A stretch of 63,642 nt of DNA, counting the filler, from Chiloscyllium plagiosum (lineage: Eukaryota): assembly GCF_004010195.1 (NCBI RefSeq). It is 4 parts of one record of this genome, joined end to end, with 100 filler letters (N's around TTAATTAATTAA, not from the genome) between each part and the next. Parts side by side here need not be neighbours in the genome. Positions count along the whole stretch, not along the records: positions 30,837 to 58,947 come from NC_057713.1; positions 59,048 to 63,642 come from NC_057713.1; 2 more parts are not named here. One strand, 5' to 3'. Below the pieces are notes generated by a model. It worked only from the letters and a program-made list of their open reading frames with translations. It was not told the origin of the DNA and did not search any database. The translations under genes and the position numbers were made by a program. This document shows, piece after piece, positions 52,697-63,642 of the stretch (positions within the stretch are counted from its first letter, which is position 1; the number at the start of each line of letters is the position of its first letter).

Positions 52697-54794
52697 TTAT
52701 TTGTCAGCCAGGACTTACTGATTGGCCAAGATTAACACCCCCAGTCAGGGGGCTCATATTCTATGATGTCCACCTGGTTGACCTCATTACAATCAATATA
52801 TCCTTCCCCCTATGAATCTGAGTAAATAGGACAGTTCTTTATCCTGTAGGTCGTCCTAGGGAGTTTTAGCTCTGGGTCAGGTTCCTCTAACTCTGCCTCA
52901 GATACGGGCGGTACATAACACAAAGTAGCTCACCTCTTGGACTTGGAGCATCTCAGAAGTAATTCATTCTCTTCTTCATAAAGGCTTTGAAGTAGCAAAG
53001 TTGGCTTGGTTCATCTCAGATTCTGAAGTCTCTTCAGTACTAGGAGTGGGAGAACTGACAGGTTCTGAAAGCCTTTTTGACTGTTTCACTGAACCGGACA
53101 TGTTTTGCTCTTACCTATGCAGGGCCATTCTTGTGGTTCCTACACCAACTTTGTCCCTGAAGTAAATCATATCTCTTGCTTAGTGAAGTCTTGTTTCTGA
53201 CATGTCTTTTCACTATTCTCTCCCCCCAGATCCAGGAAGATCTGATATAACATGGTGCAGAGTCTTTGCCCCATTAGCAATTCTGCTGCAGTTATTTTTG
53301 TCATCGCCTGTGAGGTGTCCTATAATCAAATAGAAACTGGGACATTGTGGTATATTGTGAAGATGTAGGCTGTTTCTTTAAACCTGCTTTAAAAGTTTGG
53401 ATTGCTCATTGCCCATTGGATGATAGATGGTACAGAGCTGTCCTAAGATGTTGAATGCCCTTCAGCTTTAGGAAATGCTCAAATTTCCTGCTGGAGAAGG
53501 ATGGCCCATTATCTGTAACCAACACTTCCGGAGACCATGTTTTGTAAAAGATGTGCGTAGTCTTTCTATCATCACCCCCCATGTTTGATGAATGAACTCT
53601 ATGCCACCCAACCACTTTGTGTTGGTGTCCACAATGACTTAAAACATTGAGCCTATGAAAGGGTCTGCACAGTCGATGTGTAACCAAGTCTTTTCCATGA
53701 ATATGCCGGAGTTGCTGGTGGTAACTTTTGTCCTTGTTGGCACTGATGGTACTGCCCCACCAATATGGCTATGTCTGCATCCAATACTGGCCATCAAACA
53801 TAACTTTTAATCAAGATTTTTATTTTGCAAACCCCTGGATGACCCTGGTGGAGTTCAGCCAGTATCTGGCAGTGACCTTTGCTTAGGACAATCACTTTTG
53901 CTTCCCACAATAATATACCTTTCTGTACTGTGATCTAGTATCATTGGGTCCAAAAAGGTTTCAACTGTGGCTATGATAACCCCTTGGTTTCCCCTTTCAC
54001 CACCAGCTGTTTCAGTTTTGCAAGGACCAGATCTTTCTGCATCCCAGGTCTGGTATTGTCAGCTGTGACTGGAAGTGTATCAAATGCAAAATCAGTCCGG
54101 ACTTTTCCAGTGATGTATCTGGAGTGGGAGGTGGCTCAAAGCATCTGCATTTGCTACTTGTGCTGCTGGGACATTCGCACTTGTACTTACATGCATTTAA
54201 TATTAGAGCCCACCACTGAATTCAGCCTGAAACTATGTGCTGCGCTGCCTTGTTCTCTTTAAGTAGAACTATCAGGGTTTGTGGTCCATTATTATTACAA
54301 ATTTATGTCCATGAAAGTATTGGTGGAACTTCCTGATTCCAAATATGATCGACAAACCTTCCTTCTCTATCTGGGCATATTTACACTCCACATTAGGCAA
54401 AGTCCTGGATACATATATTATTGGGCATTCCTCTCCATTGGGCCACCTATGAACTAATACTACCCCAAAACAATGCAGGGAGGCATTGCATGTCAGTACC
54501 AGATCATGCTTGGCATCATAGTGTGCCAACACTTGAGAGGATGATAACTGTTTCTACCCTGAAAGCTATGGTTTGGCGATGTGACCATTTCCAAAGCTGA
54601 CCCTTTTTTAGGAGTTGGTGCAAAGGAGCCAAGATGGAGGCCAGATTAATGTATTAAAATCCCATAATAATCACCATCCCATGGAAAGACCTAAGCTCTG
54701 GTACAAATATGGGATCTGGAGCATTTTTAATCATCTCACTTTATCTTCCAAAGCTGTAACCTAGTCTTGTTGACTCTGTAGGTCACTTGGGGTC

Positions 54795-54882
54795 AAAGTT
54801 GCTGGAAAGGCTCAGCAAGTCTGACAGCATCTGTGATCAAACATCAGAGGTTAATGTTTCGGGTCCAGTGACCCTTCCTCAG
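54795..54882 (-). mobile_element. PLE family C fragment inside the Gypsy
   Basis: Minus strand ctgaggaagggtcactggacccgaaac.. Confidence 0.8.
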
Positions 54883-55440
54883 TCAACCTTCCCAAATCAT
54901 GGCACCATGTCAGAAATGCGTACCTCAACTGAAAGACAACTTTTGTGAGCAAATTTCTTCCGAAGCATTCTTTGCTCTTATTGCCATTGAAATAACTCTG
55001 CAGAGGCTGGTATTCTGTCACTAAGTCACATCTTATTTACCATGTGCATAATACATGACACTATTCCAACTCCCTCAGAGGCAGCACTGAGAGTGTCTGA
55101 ATGTCTGACACTCCTGTTTTTATCTGTTAGCCAAAGCTCCCTGATAGAAACAGATTAACAACCTCAGTCAGGGAACTCATATCCTATGAGGTCCATCTGG
55201 CTAACCTCATTACAATCACTACAGGCTGTCCATCCACCATATTTAAATGAATAGCTGAAGTTCAATTCAGCTTATTAAGAAGCCTGTTGTCTAATCTAAT
55301 ATGCTGCTATGTCACAATATAGCTGATTTGGCCCAGAGATGTCAAACAATTTTTAAAGGACAACATGAATAAAGGTCAAAAATTGCACCACAGTAGGTTA
55401 TAGTCCAACTGATTTATTTGAAACCGCAATAATGAATAAG

Positions 55441-56348
55441 TATAGAACAGAGAACAGTACAGCACTGTACAGGTCCTTTGGCCTTCGATGTGCCGACCTT
55501 TTATCCTACTCTAAGATCAAACTAACCTACATACCCTTCATTTTACTATCATCAATGTGCTTATCTGAGAGTTGCTTAAATATCCTTAATGTATCTGACT
55601 CTATTAACACCGCTGGGTAATGCATTTCATGCACCTACCACTCTCTGCTTAAAGAATCTATCTCTGACATCTCCCTAAAACCTTCCTCTAATCACCTGAA
55701 AATTGTGACCTCTCATGATAACCATTTCTGCCTGGGAAAGGGTCTCTGGCTATTCACTCTACCTATTTTCATCATCTTGTACACCTCTACCAAGTCACCT
55801 CTCATCCTTCTTCACTCCAATGAGAAAAGCCCTAGCTCCCTCAATCTTTCTTTATAAGACATGCTCTCCAGTCCAGGCAGCATCATGGTAAATCTCCTCT
55901 GCACCCTCTCTAAAGCTTGCACATCCTTCTTATAACAAGACAACCAGAACTGAACAGAATATTCCAAGTGTGGTCTAACCAGGGCATTATAGAGTTGCAG
56001 CATGACCTCGTGACTCTTAAACTCAATTTCCCTGCTAATGACAGCCAACACATGACAACTCTTCTTAACAACTCAATCAACTTGGGGGCACTTAGTGGAC
56101 CACAAGATCCCTCTGTTCCTCCACACTGCCAAGAATCCTGTCTTTAACCCAGTAATCTGCATTCAAATTCAATCTTCTAAAATGAATCACTTCACATTTT
56201 GCGAGGTTGAACTCCATCTCCATCTGCTACTTCTCAGCTCAGCTCTACGTCCTTTCAATGTCCCATTGCAACCTACAACACTATCCACAACTCCACCAAC
56301 CTTTGTGTCATCAGCAAACTGATGAACCTACCTTCCACTTCCTCATTC
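55441..56348 (-). mobile_element. CR1 RT/3' end
   Basis: ORF 55812-56051 LYNALVRPHLEYSVQFW..; FADDTKVGG motif near 56290-56320. Confidence 0.92.
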
Positions 56349-58340
56349 AAGATGAAAAGGAACATGATCTCTTTATTAGGGGGTTGCATTGTATGCACAT
56401 GTTTCACCTAAGGCAAGGTACCACACCTCTTTCTTCCATTCCATCTGTCCCTCAGAACCCAGGTCCTCATTCTTCATCATTTCACTTGCCAACAACCCCT
56501 GTCTGCCCTGCTCTCCTCACCCAAAGCCCCAAGGCTTAGCTTGTCAGGATAAGCTAATGTGGGCTTGCAAGAAATGGGTCAACCACCAGTTTTTTATCAT
56601 TCACTTACTGCTTGCGGGTGTCACTGGCTGGGCCAGCATTTACTGCCCATCCCGAATTACTTTTGAGAAGAGCTGACCTTATTTCAGAGCTAGGGGAAGG
56701 TTTCAAACATTTGAACACACCTCTCTCAACATACAAAACAGTAAAATCTAACCAATACAAGTTTACAAGTTATGTTTGAACTGCAAATTCCTCTGAACTT
56801 ATCCCCAGAGCCTTGTAAAATCAGGGCACAAATCAAATGCACATCCTAAAATATCATGCATAATTACATTATGCACAATTCTCCTTGGTCTTTTAAGATT
56901 GCCTATCAATCTTTCTGTTCAAAGGCCTGTGGTTTCTAATACTGCCCCAGCTCCAATCTATGGAGCATTATACACAAATTCCTGCAATTGCTCTTGCTCA
57001 AAGACTCTTCAAATTATGACCATGTTTTCAGGCAGACACATATCTTGTCTTTATGCAGTCAGCTGCTCCTGGAGGTGCCAAAATTATTCTCATGCTGTTA
57101 ATATGAAAAATATTTTCCATATCTGTGAGAAATAAAAATTCTTATTTTCCAGATAGTGCAGCTATTTGATGAATGTAAAGGAGGAGGAGGAGCAGCAAGA
57201 AGCAAGCCTGAGATGACAGGTTCCTTGAGTTAAAGTACAGAAAGTGGATTGGCTTTGATCAGCATTCCAGGAAAGTTCCAAGGATCTGATTCTGAATGGA
57301 CACTAGCTGCAGTTTACAATGGGGACTATCTGACCACAACTACCAATTTGTGACTTGCACTACATATGCTTAAATCTCAAATCTGTAAGTAGTAATTCTT
57401 TAATAGTATAAATGCAAGTGGTTCTCAAATTTATAGGTCCATTTGGGTAATCATGATGAACAAGTGCAGGATTAGCCAAGCAGTCAATGATGAGATCCTC
57501 ACTAGGTAACTGATAATTTTTTCCTAAGGAAGGGAAGAATGCCAGATTTACATTGCTCAAAGGCATGATTATTAGTGGCATTCCTGGATAGCTGCTCATT
57601 ATCGACAGAACACACAAATTGCATTAGGGCTCTGCATCAGAATTTACAATATAAAGAATGAGACGTCCACTTCTTCCTCAGTATTCAGATGGTCTCTAAT
57701 GCTCACGTCTTGTGTTTGAATGCACTGTGGATGGAGTACATCATGAAACAGTCAGTCTGCATAGTTCAGGCATCATCCATATGCCCAGGCATCAAGTTGT
57801 AATGGAAGAATGGATGCTTCATGAGAAGGATTATCCTGGTATCTCCTGTTCTTCAGTTTCAATCTGTGGAATGAGAGAAGGCATCAACAGGCACAGGAGG
57901 AAAAGCTATTTGGCCCCCACCTGATCAGAGAAATAGGACTCCAGTTTAATATTTCATCCAAAAAGTGAATCATCTGAAATGTTTGTCTCGTCTCCCAATT
58001 CTACAAGTGTGTGTATTAACTATCCTGTATCCAAGTCTATAGATAGAGGAGTGCCCCTCTCGCTATAAACAAATCTAACTTTAAAGTTTCCTGCATGAGT
58101 GCAAGTAAAATTGCAACATTTAGAAAAACTTCACCAATTACTGACTAAAAGAAGAAGAGGAAGTCCAAATTCTTTGTTTCTTGCTCCTTCTGAATGAACT
58201 CCTTCTTTAATTTTTTTTACTTATGCTGTCACTTGGCTATTGGCATTCATTGTGAACTAAACAAATTGTTGTGTTTTCCTCTCAAGGGCATCTTTGAACT
58301 TACAAATGCGCTTATGGGCTGCCAATTGAGAAATGCAGCA

Positions 58341-58947
58341 CATAAGACCATAAGACCATAAGACATTGGAGTGGAAGTAAGGCCATTTGGCCCATCGAGT
58401 CCACTCCACCATTCAATCATGGCTGATGGGCATTTCAACTCCACTTACCCGCATTCTCCCCGTAGCCCTTAATTCCTTGTGATATCAAGAATTTATCAAT
58501 CTCTGCCTTGAAGACATTTAGCGACCCAGCCTCCACTGCACTCTGCGGCAATGAATTCCACAGGCCCACCACTCTCTGGCTGAAGAACTGTCTCCGCATT
58601 TCTGTTCTGAATTTACCCCCTCTAATTCTAAGGCTGTATCCACGGGTCCTAGTCACCTCGCCTAGCGGAAACAATTTCCTAGCGTCCACCCTCTCCAAGC
58701 CATGTATTATCTTGTAAGTTTCTATTAGATCTCCCCTTAATCTTCTAAACTCCAATGAATACAATCCCAGGATCCTCAGCCGTTCCTCATATGTTAGACC
58801 TACCATTCCAGAGATCATCCGTGTGAATCGCCGCTGGACACGTTCCAGTGCCATTATATCCTTCCTGAAGTGTGGGGACCAAAACTGGACACAGTACTCC
58901 AAATGGGGCCTAACCAGAGCTTTATAAAGTCTCAGTGCTTTTATATT
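58341..58947 (-). mobile_element. Young CR1 3' end, open frame to the stop, cut by a gap
   Basis: ORF 58435-58902 uninterrupted; cataagaccataagaccataagaca tail. Confidence 0.95.
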
Positions 58948-59047
58948 NNNNNNNNNNNNNNNNNNNNNNNNNNNNNNNNNNNNNNNNNNNNTTAATTAAT
59001 TAANNNNNNNNNNNNNNNNNNNNNNNNNNNNNNNNNNNNNNNNNNNN
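58948..59047. other. Assembly gap spacer
   Basis: 44 N + TTAATTAATTAA + 44 N. Confidence 0.97.
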
Positions 59048-60204
59048 GATGTCCTGTTTCTGCAGGAGTGTGGGATACCGCACCTCAGCAGCTACAGGAG
59101 ATGGTCGAGCTTGTGTGCCCATGGGCCGTCAGTTTGGTCGGGCGGCAACGATAGCCACGCCTCCGGCCTGGGTATCCTGTTGCGAGCAGGCAACTTCAAC
59201 ATCTACGAGGTTAAGGAGGTGGTGGGCGGGCGCCTCCTCGTCGCCGACGTCATGTACAGGAATGCTCCCCTGAGACTGATTAATGTGTACGCCCCAGTGG
59301 GTAAGAGTGAACGGTTGGCCGTCCTGCAGCAGCTTCCACTGTTGCTGGCTACGTCCAGGCCGGTTATTCTGGCCAGAGACTTCAACTGTATCATTGATGC
59401 AGATGGACGATCCGGCGGGGGGGACAGTAAACTGGACGCCACGTCCAGAGCCCTGATGGACACGGTAAAAGATGCCAAGCTGCACGACGTCTTCAGCGCC
59501 CCTGCAGACAGAGCGCAGCGTAGATACACCTGGTCACGGGCAGACGGGTCTATCTGCTCAAGGATAGATTACCTGTTTGTGTCCCGAACGCTCTCGGTCA
59601 GATCCACCGACGTCAAGCCGGTGTTCTTCTCTAACCACTGCCTCCTGCTGGCCGACTGTCACCTACAGGACGAGCAGCGGGCTGGGAAGGGAACATGGAA
59701 GCTGAATACAAAGCTGTTGACCCCGCGAAACATTGAGGAGCTCAAGAGGGACTACGCAGGTTGGAGAACCGTGCAGACCCTCTTTGAGTCCCCAGCGGAC
59801 TGGTGGGAAACAGTAAAAGGGAGCATCAAGAGGTTCTTCATCCTCAAAGGTGTTCAGGAGGCGAGAGAGAGGCGGGGAAAACTGTCCCAGCTCCAGGAAA
59901 GTATGCAGAACCTGCTCCTGCTGCAGACGATGGGGGTGGATGTCACGGAGGACCTCAAGGAGGTGAAGGGCCAGCAAGCCTCGCTCTTTGCTTCGGAGGC
60001 CTCCAAGATAATCTTCCGGTCCAGGATCCGCTCGGTGGAGCAGGACGAGACGTGCTCACGTTTCATCTTCCAGAAGGTGCACAAAGAGAACCCCGTGCTC
60101 AGCAGCCTGATGGAAGAAGATGGCTCGATAACGTCATCTCAGGCTGACATCATGAGGATCAGTAAATCCTTCTATGCCAGTCTGTATGACGCGAAGCCGA
60201 CCGA

Positions 60205-60293
60205 AGGAATGATCAGCCATGATTATATTGAATGGCGGTGCAAGCTCGAAGGGCTGAATGGCCTACTCCTGCACCTATTGTCTATTGTCTATT
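60205..60293 (+). mobile_element. CR1 3' tip inserted in Tx1 ORF2
   Basis: Same tip as 28090-28172; splits ..DAKPT|DSTASQSF.. Confidence 0.9.
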
Positions 60294-61128
60294 GACAGCA
60301 CGGCCTCCCAGTCGTTCCTGTCCTCTATCACGGAGGTCTTAGACGACAGAACACGGGAGAGGCTGGACCAGCCGCTATCTCTGGATGAGCTGACCAAGGC
60401 CCTCGAGTCCTTCGAAAAGAATAAAACTCCCGGAAGCGACGGCTTACCGGTCGAGCTCTATTCCGCTCTTTGGGACTTGATTGGCCAGGACCTGCTGGAG
60501 GTGTATGTCAGTATGCTTCTGGCAGGTACCATGAATGAATCCATGAGGAAAGGCATCATCGCCCTCATCTACAAGCGGAAGGGGGAGAGGGAAGAACTCA
60601 AAAATTGGAGACCAATCTCACTGTTGAATGCGGATTACAAAATTCTGTCAAAGGTAATCACCAACCGGGTCAGGTCTGCTCTGGAGTCGGTGATCCACCC
60701 TGACCAAACCTGTGCTGGATCGCCTACAGAGGGTTGGACACCTGCCTGATTAGCCTGGAAAAGGATATCACACAGGTATATGAGAGATGTTCTCTCCGTT
60801 CTCTCCATTGGGAAAGGAATCTGCAATTGGATCAGACTGCTCTACACCAACATTGTCAGTGCAGTCTCAATCAATGAGTGGGAATCAGATAGCTTCCCAG
60901 TCAGATCTGGAGTCAGGCAGGGCTGCCCCCTCTCTCCTGCCTTGTTTGTGTGCTGCATACAGCCATTTGCCGAGTCCATCAGGATGGATGCGAGCCTGAG
61001 AGGGGTGACTATTCCTGACAGCGGGGGCCTGCAGGTTAAGGCCTCCCTGTACATGGATGACATCGCCATTTTCTGCTCGGATCCGCTGTCCGTGCGCAGA
61101 CTCATGTGCATATGTGACCAGTTCGAAC

Positions 61129-62019
61129 NNNNNNNNNNNNNNNNNNNNNNNNNNNNNNNNNNNNNNNNNNNNNNNNNNNNNNNNNNNNNNNNNNNNNNNN
61201 NNNNNNNNNNNNNNNNNNNNNNNNNNNNNNNNNNNNNNNNNNNNNNNNNNNNNNNNNNNNNNNNNNNNNNNNNNNNNNNNNNNNNNNNNNNNNNNNNNNN
61301 NNNNNNNNNNNNNNNNNNNNNNNNNNNNNNNNNNNNNNNNNNNNNNNNNNNNNNNNNNNNNNNNNNNNNNNNNNNNNNNNNNNNNNNNNNNNNNNNNNNN
61401 NNNNNNNNNNNNNNNNNNNNNNNNNNNNNNNNNNNNNNNNNNNNNNNNNNNNNNNNNNNNNNNNNNNNNNNNNNNNNNNNNNNNNNNNNNNNNNNNNNNN
61501 NNNNNNNNNNNNNNNNNNNNNNNNNNNNNNNNNNNNNNNNNNNNNNNNNNNNNNNNNNNNNNNNNNNNNNNNNNNNNNNNNNNNNNNNNNNNNNNNNNNN
61601 NNNNNNNNNNNNNNNNNNNNNNNNNNNNNNNNNNNNNNNNNNNNNNNNNNNNNNNNNNNNNNNNNNNNNNNNNNNNNNNNNNNNNNNNNNNNNNNNNNNN
61701 NNNNNNNNNNNNNNNNNNNNNNNNNNNNNNNNNNNNNNNNNNNNNNNNNNNNNNNNNNNNNNNNNNNNNNNNNNNNNNNNNNNNNNNNNNNNNNNNNNNN
61801 NNNNNNNNNNNNNNNNNNNNNNNNNNNNNNNNNNNNNNNNNNNNNNNNNNNNNNNNNNNNNNNNNNNNNNNNNNNNNNNNNNNNNNNNNNNNNNNNNNNN
61901 NNNNNNNNNNNNNNNNNNNNNNNNNNNNNNNNNNNNNNNNNNNNNNNNNNNNNNNNNNNNNNNNNNNNNNNNNNNNNNNNNNNNNNNNNNNNNNNNNNNN
62001 NNNNNNNNNNNNNNNNNNN
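61129..62019. other. Assembly gap (891 N)
   Basis: N run. Confidence 0.99.
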
Positions 62020-62634
62020 GCCTGGAGGATCATCAACTCGGTGAAGGACGCTCTCTGGGCGGTCCGAAACCTGTTGATCTTTCAGCTGAAGGAGTTGACC
62101 CCGACTGAGTGTTGCAGACTGGCACATTCCAAGGTCCAGGACTACATGTTGAGGGACGCGCTGAAGCTTGGGACAGCTGCCGCCAAGGCGCGGTGTGGAA
62201 AGACCACCGTGTAACATCTGCCTGCCGAAAGAAGAACAGGGGGCCCACACAGTCATTTGGGCTCCGCTGATGCCTCAGCTAAAAATGTAATCAAACAGAC
62301 CTGTAAATAGGAATGATTACTCTGTTTTCCTGTAAATGTAAATGGAATGTTTACATATGTATGGCATGTCCAACTGTACAGACCATTAAAGTATATGAAT
62401 AAAGTATATTTTTGAACTAAAAATAAAGGATGTGTACTGCCTGCCAAGGCAAGGGTCCAGAGCAGGTAAATGACCACAGTAAGAGCCTGGATAGCTACCT
62501 CAGCCCAGCGAGAGTCCAGCAGTTCGTGCTCACCATGGAGATGCAGACAGCTTCCCCAGAGACAGGACAGTCAAATGGACAACGGTAACCCCATAAACTG
62601 GGATTAAAAAAAGGTTCATTTGCTCTAGTATAAC

Positions 62635-62861
62635 AGGGCACCCACTCAGTAAGTGGGTTCTGCTGAAGCCACAGCTAAATAATAAGAGACTGGATGGTTA
62701 ATAAAGGGAACTGTAAATAGGATAACTGTAAATTCGAGTAATTCAATCTGTTCTTTGTAATGTTAAGACATGCAATGTATATATCTATGAACGACATGAC
62801 AAATTGTACAAGTACCAAAGATTTATTTCTATGAATAAAGTATATTTTGAAATAAAAAAAA
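62635..62861 (+). mobile_element. Second, diverged Tx1 3' UTR with poly(A)
   Basis: Collinear with 62235-62427; both end atgaataaagtatatttt(t)gaa..aaaa. Confidence 0.8.
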
Positions 62862-62880
62862 GGTTGTGTACTGCCTGCCA

Positions 62881-63642
62881 TCAGTCGGCTTCGCGTCATA
62901 CAGACTGGCATAGAAGGATTTACTGATCCTCATGACGTCAGCCTGCGATGACGTTATCGAGCCATCTTCTTCCATCAGGCTGCTGAGCACGGAGCTCTCT
63001 TTGTGCACCTTCTGGAAGAAGAAACGTGAGAACGTCTCGTCCTCCGCCACCAAGTGGATCCTGGACCGGAAGATTATCTTGGAGGTCTCCGAAGCAAAGA
63101 GCGAGGCTTGCTGGCCCTTCACCTCCTTGAGGTCCTCCGTGACATCCACCCCCATCGTCTGCAGCAGGAGCAGGTTCTGCATACTTTCCTGGAGCTGGGA
63201 CAGTTTTCCCCGCCTCTCTCTCGCCTCCTGAACACCTTTGAGGATGAAGAACCTCTTGATGTTCCCTTTTACTGTTTCCCACCAGTCCGCTGGGGACTCA
63301 AAGAGGGGCTTCACGCTTCTCCAACCTGCGTAGTCCCTCTTGAGCTCCTCAATGTTTCGCGGGGTCAACAGCTTGGTGTTCAGCTTCCACGTTCCCTTAC
63401 CAGCCCGCTGCTCGTCCTGTAGGTGACAATCGGTCAGCAGGAGGCAGTGGTCAGAGAAGAACACCGGCTTGACGTCGGTGGATCTGACCGAGAGCGTTCA
63501 GGACACAAACAAGTAATCTATCCTTGAGCGGATAGACCCGTCTGCCCGTGACCAGGTATATCTACGCTGCGCTCCGTCTGCAGGGGTGCTGAAGACGTCA
63601 TGCAGCTTGGCATCTTTTACCATGTCCATCAGGGCTCTGGAC
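62881..63642 (-). mobile_element. Inverted Tx1 ORF2 endonuclease-linker fragment
   Basis: ORF 62829-63464 is nearly identical to the protein of 59111-60295; runs off the window end. Confidence 0.95.

Larger units (their letters stand above)
50314..55223 (-). mobile_element. Gypsy/Ty3 LTR retrotransposon, internally deleted and decayed
   Basis: 5' LTR 54988-55223 (TG..CA), PBS-like TGGC.. next to it, RNase H (ORF 54272-54532 YAQIEKEGLSIIFG..DHKP), integrase (LVTDNGPSFSS..YHLSSNGQ), PPT at 52801-52810, 3' LTR 50314-52800, TSD agctg/ggctg. Confidence 0.9.
59048..62427 (+). mobile_element. Tx1/L1-clade LINE ORF2 (APE endonuclease, RT, C-terminus), 3' UTR and A-tail; disrupted
   Basis: FLQE, LINVYAP, DFN, SRIDY, KTPGSDG, NWRPISLLNADYKI, GVRQGCPLSP and YMDD motifs; stop at 62212-62214; AATAAA; continuity across the 891-N gap is assumed. 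Confidence 0.93.

Noticed and set aside
59111..60749. Intact active Tx1 ORF2 or a host gene
   Set aside because: Interrupted by a CR1 tip, with deletions, a stop and frameshifts near 60715-60800; the overlapping antisense ORFs are shadows of GC-rich coding sequence.
60780..62256. ORFs of 383-442 aa
   Set aside because: Their length comes from reading through 891 N.

Overview
Repeat-dominated, AT-rich vertebrate genomic DNA, most likely from a shark (inferred from six HE1/V-SINE-type copies and abundant CR1 LINEs with matching 3' tails). I find no convincing host protein-coding gene; almost every long ORF is a transposon fragment. Contents: many CR1 relics, HE1 SINEs, several Penelope-like element (PLE) families, Tx1/L1-clade LINEs, an internally deleted Gypsy provirus with both LTRs (50314-55223, minus strand), a decayed two-gene PIF/Harbinger, a young Tigger-like MITE and four assembly gaps. 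The PLEs carry minimal hammerhead-ribozyme motifs and often form inverted, foldback insertions. Main discovery candidate: six ~280-300 nt Tx1 3'-end units are stacked at one site, next to the TATA-like box of the Gypsy 3' LTR, while the 5' LTR keeps the empty site. The spacers look like 3' transductions from other LTR copies, and a second LTR of this family at 30221 is hit at the same site. Together this suggests an LTR-targeting, self-stacking retrotransposition system. Other footprints of mechanism: an 877-bp palindrome that captured flanking DNA, a large Tx1-associated duplication, and a recurrent ~33-38 nt tail asymmetry in PLE insertions. All calls are by eye, and boundaries of decayed repeats are approximate.
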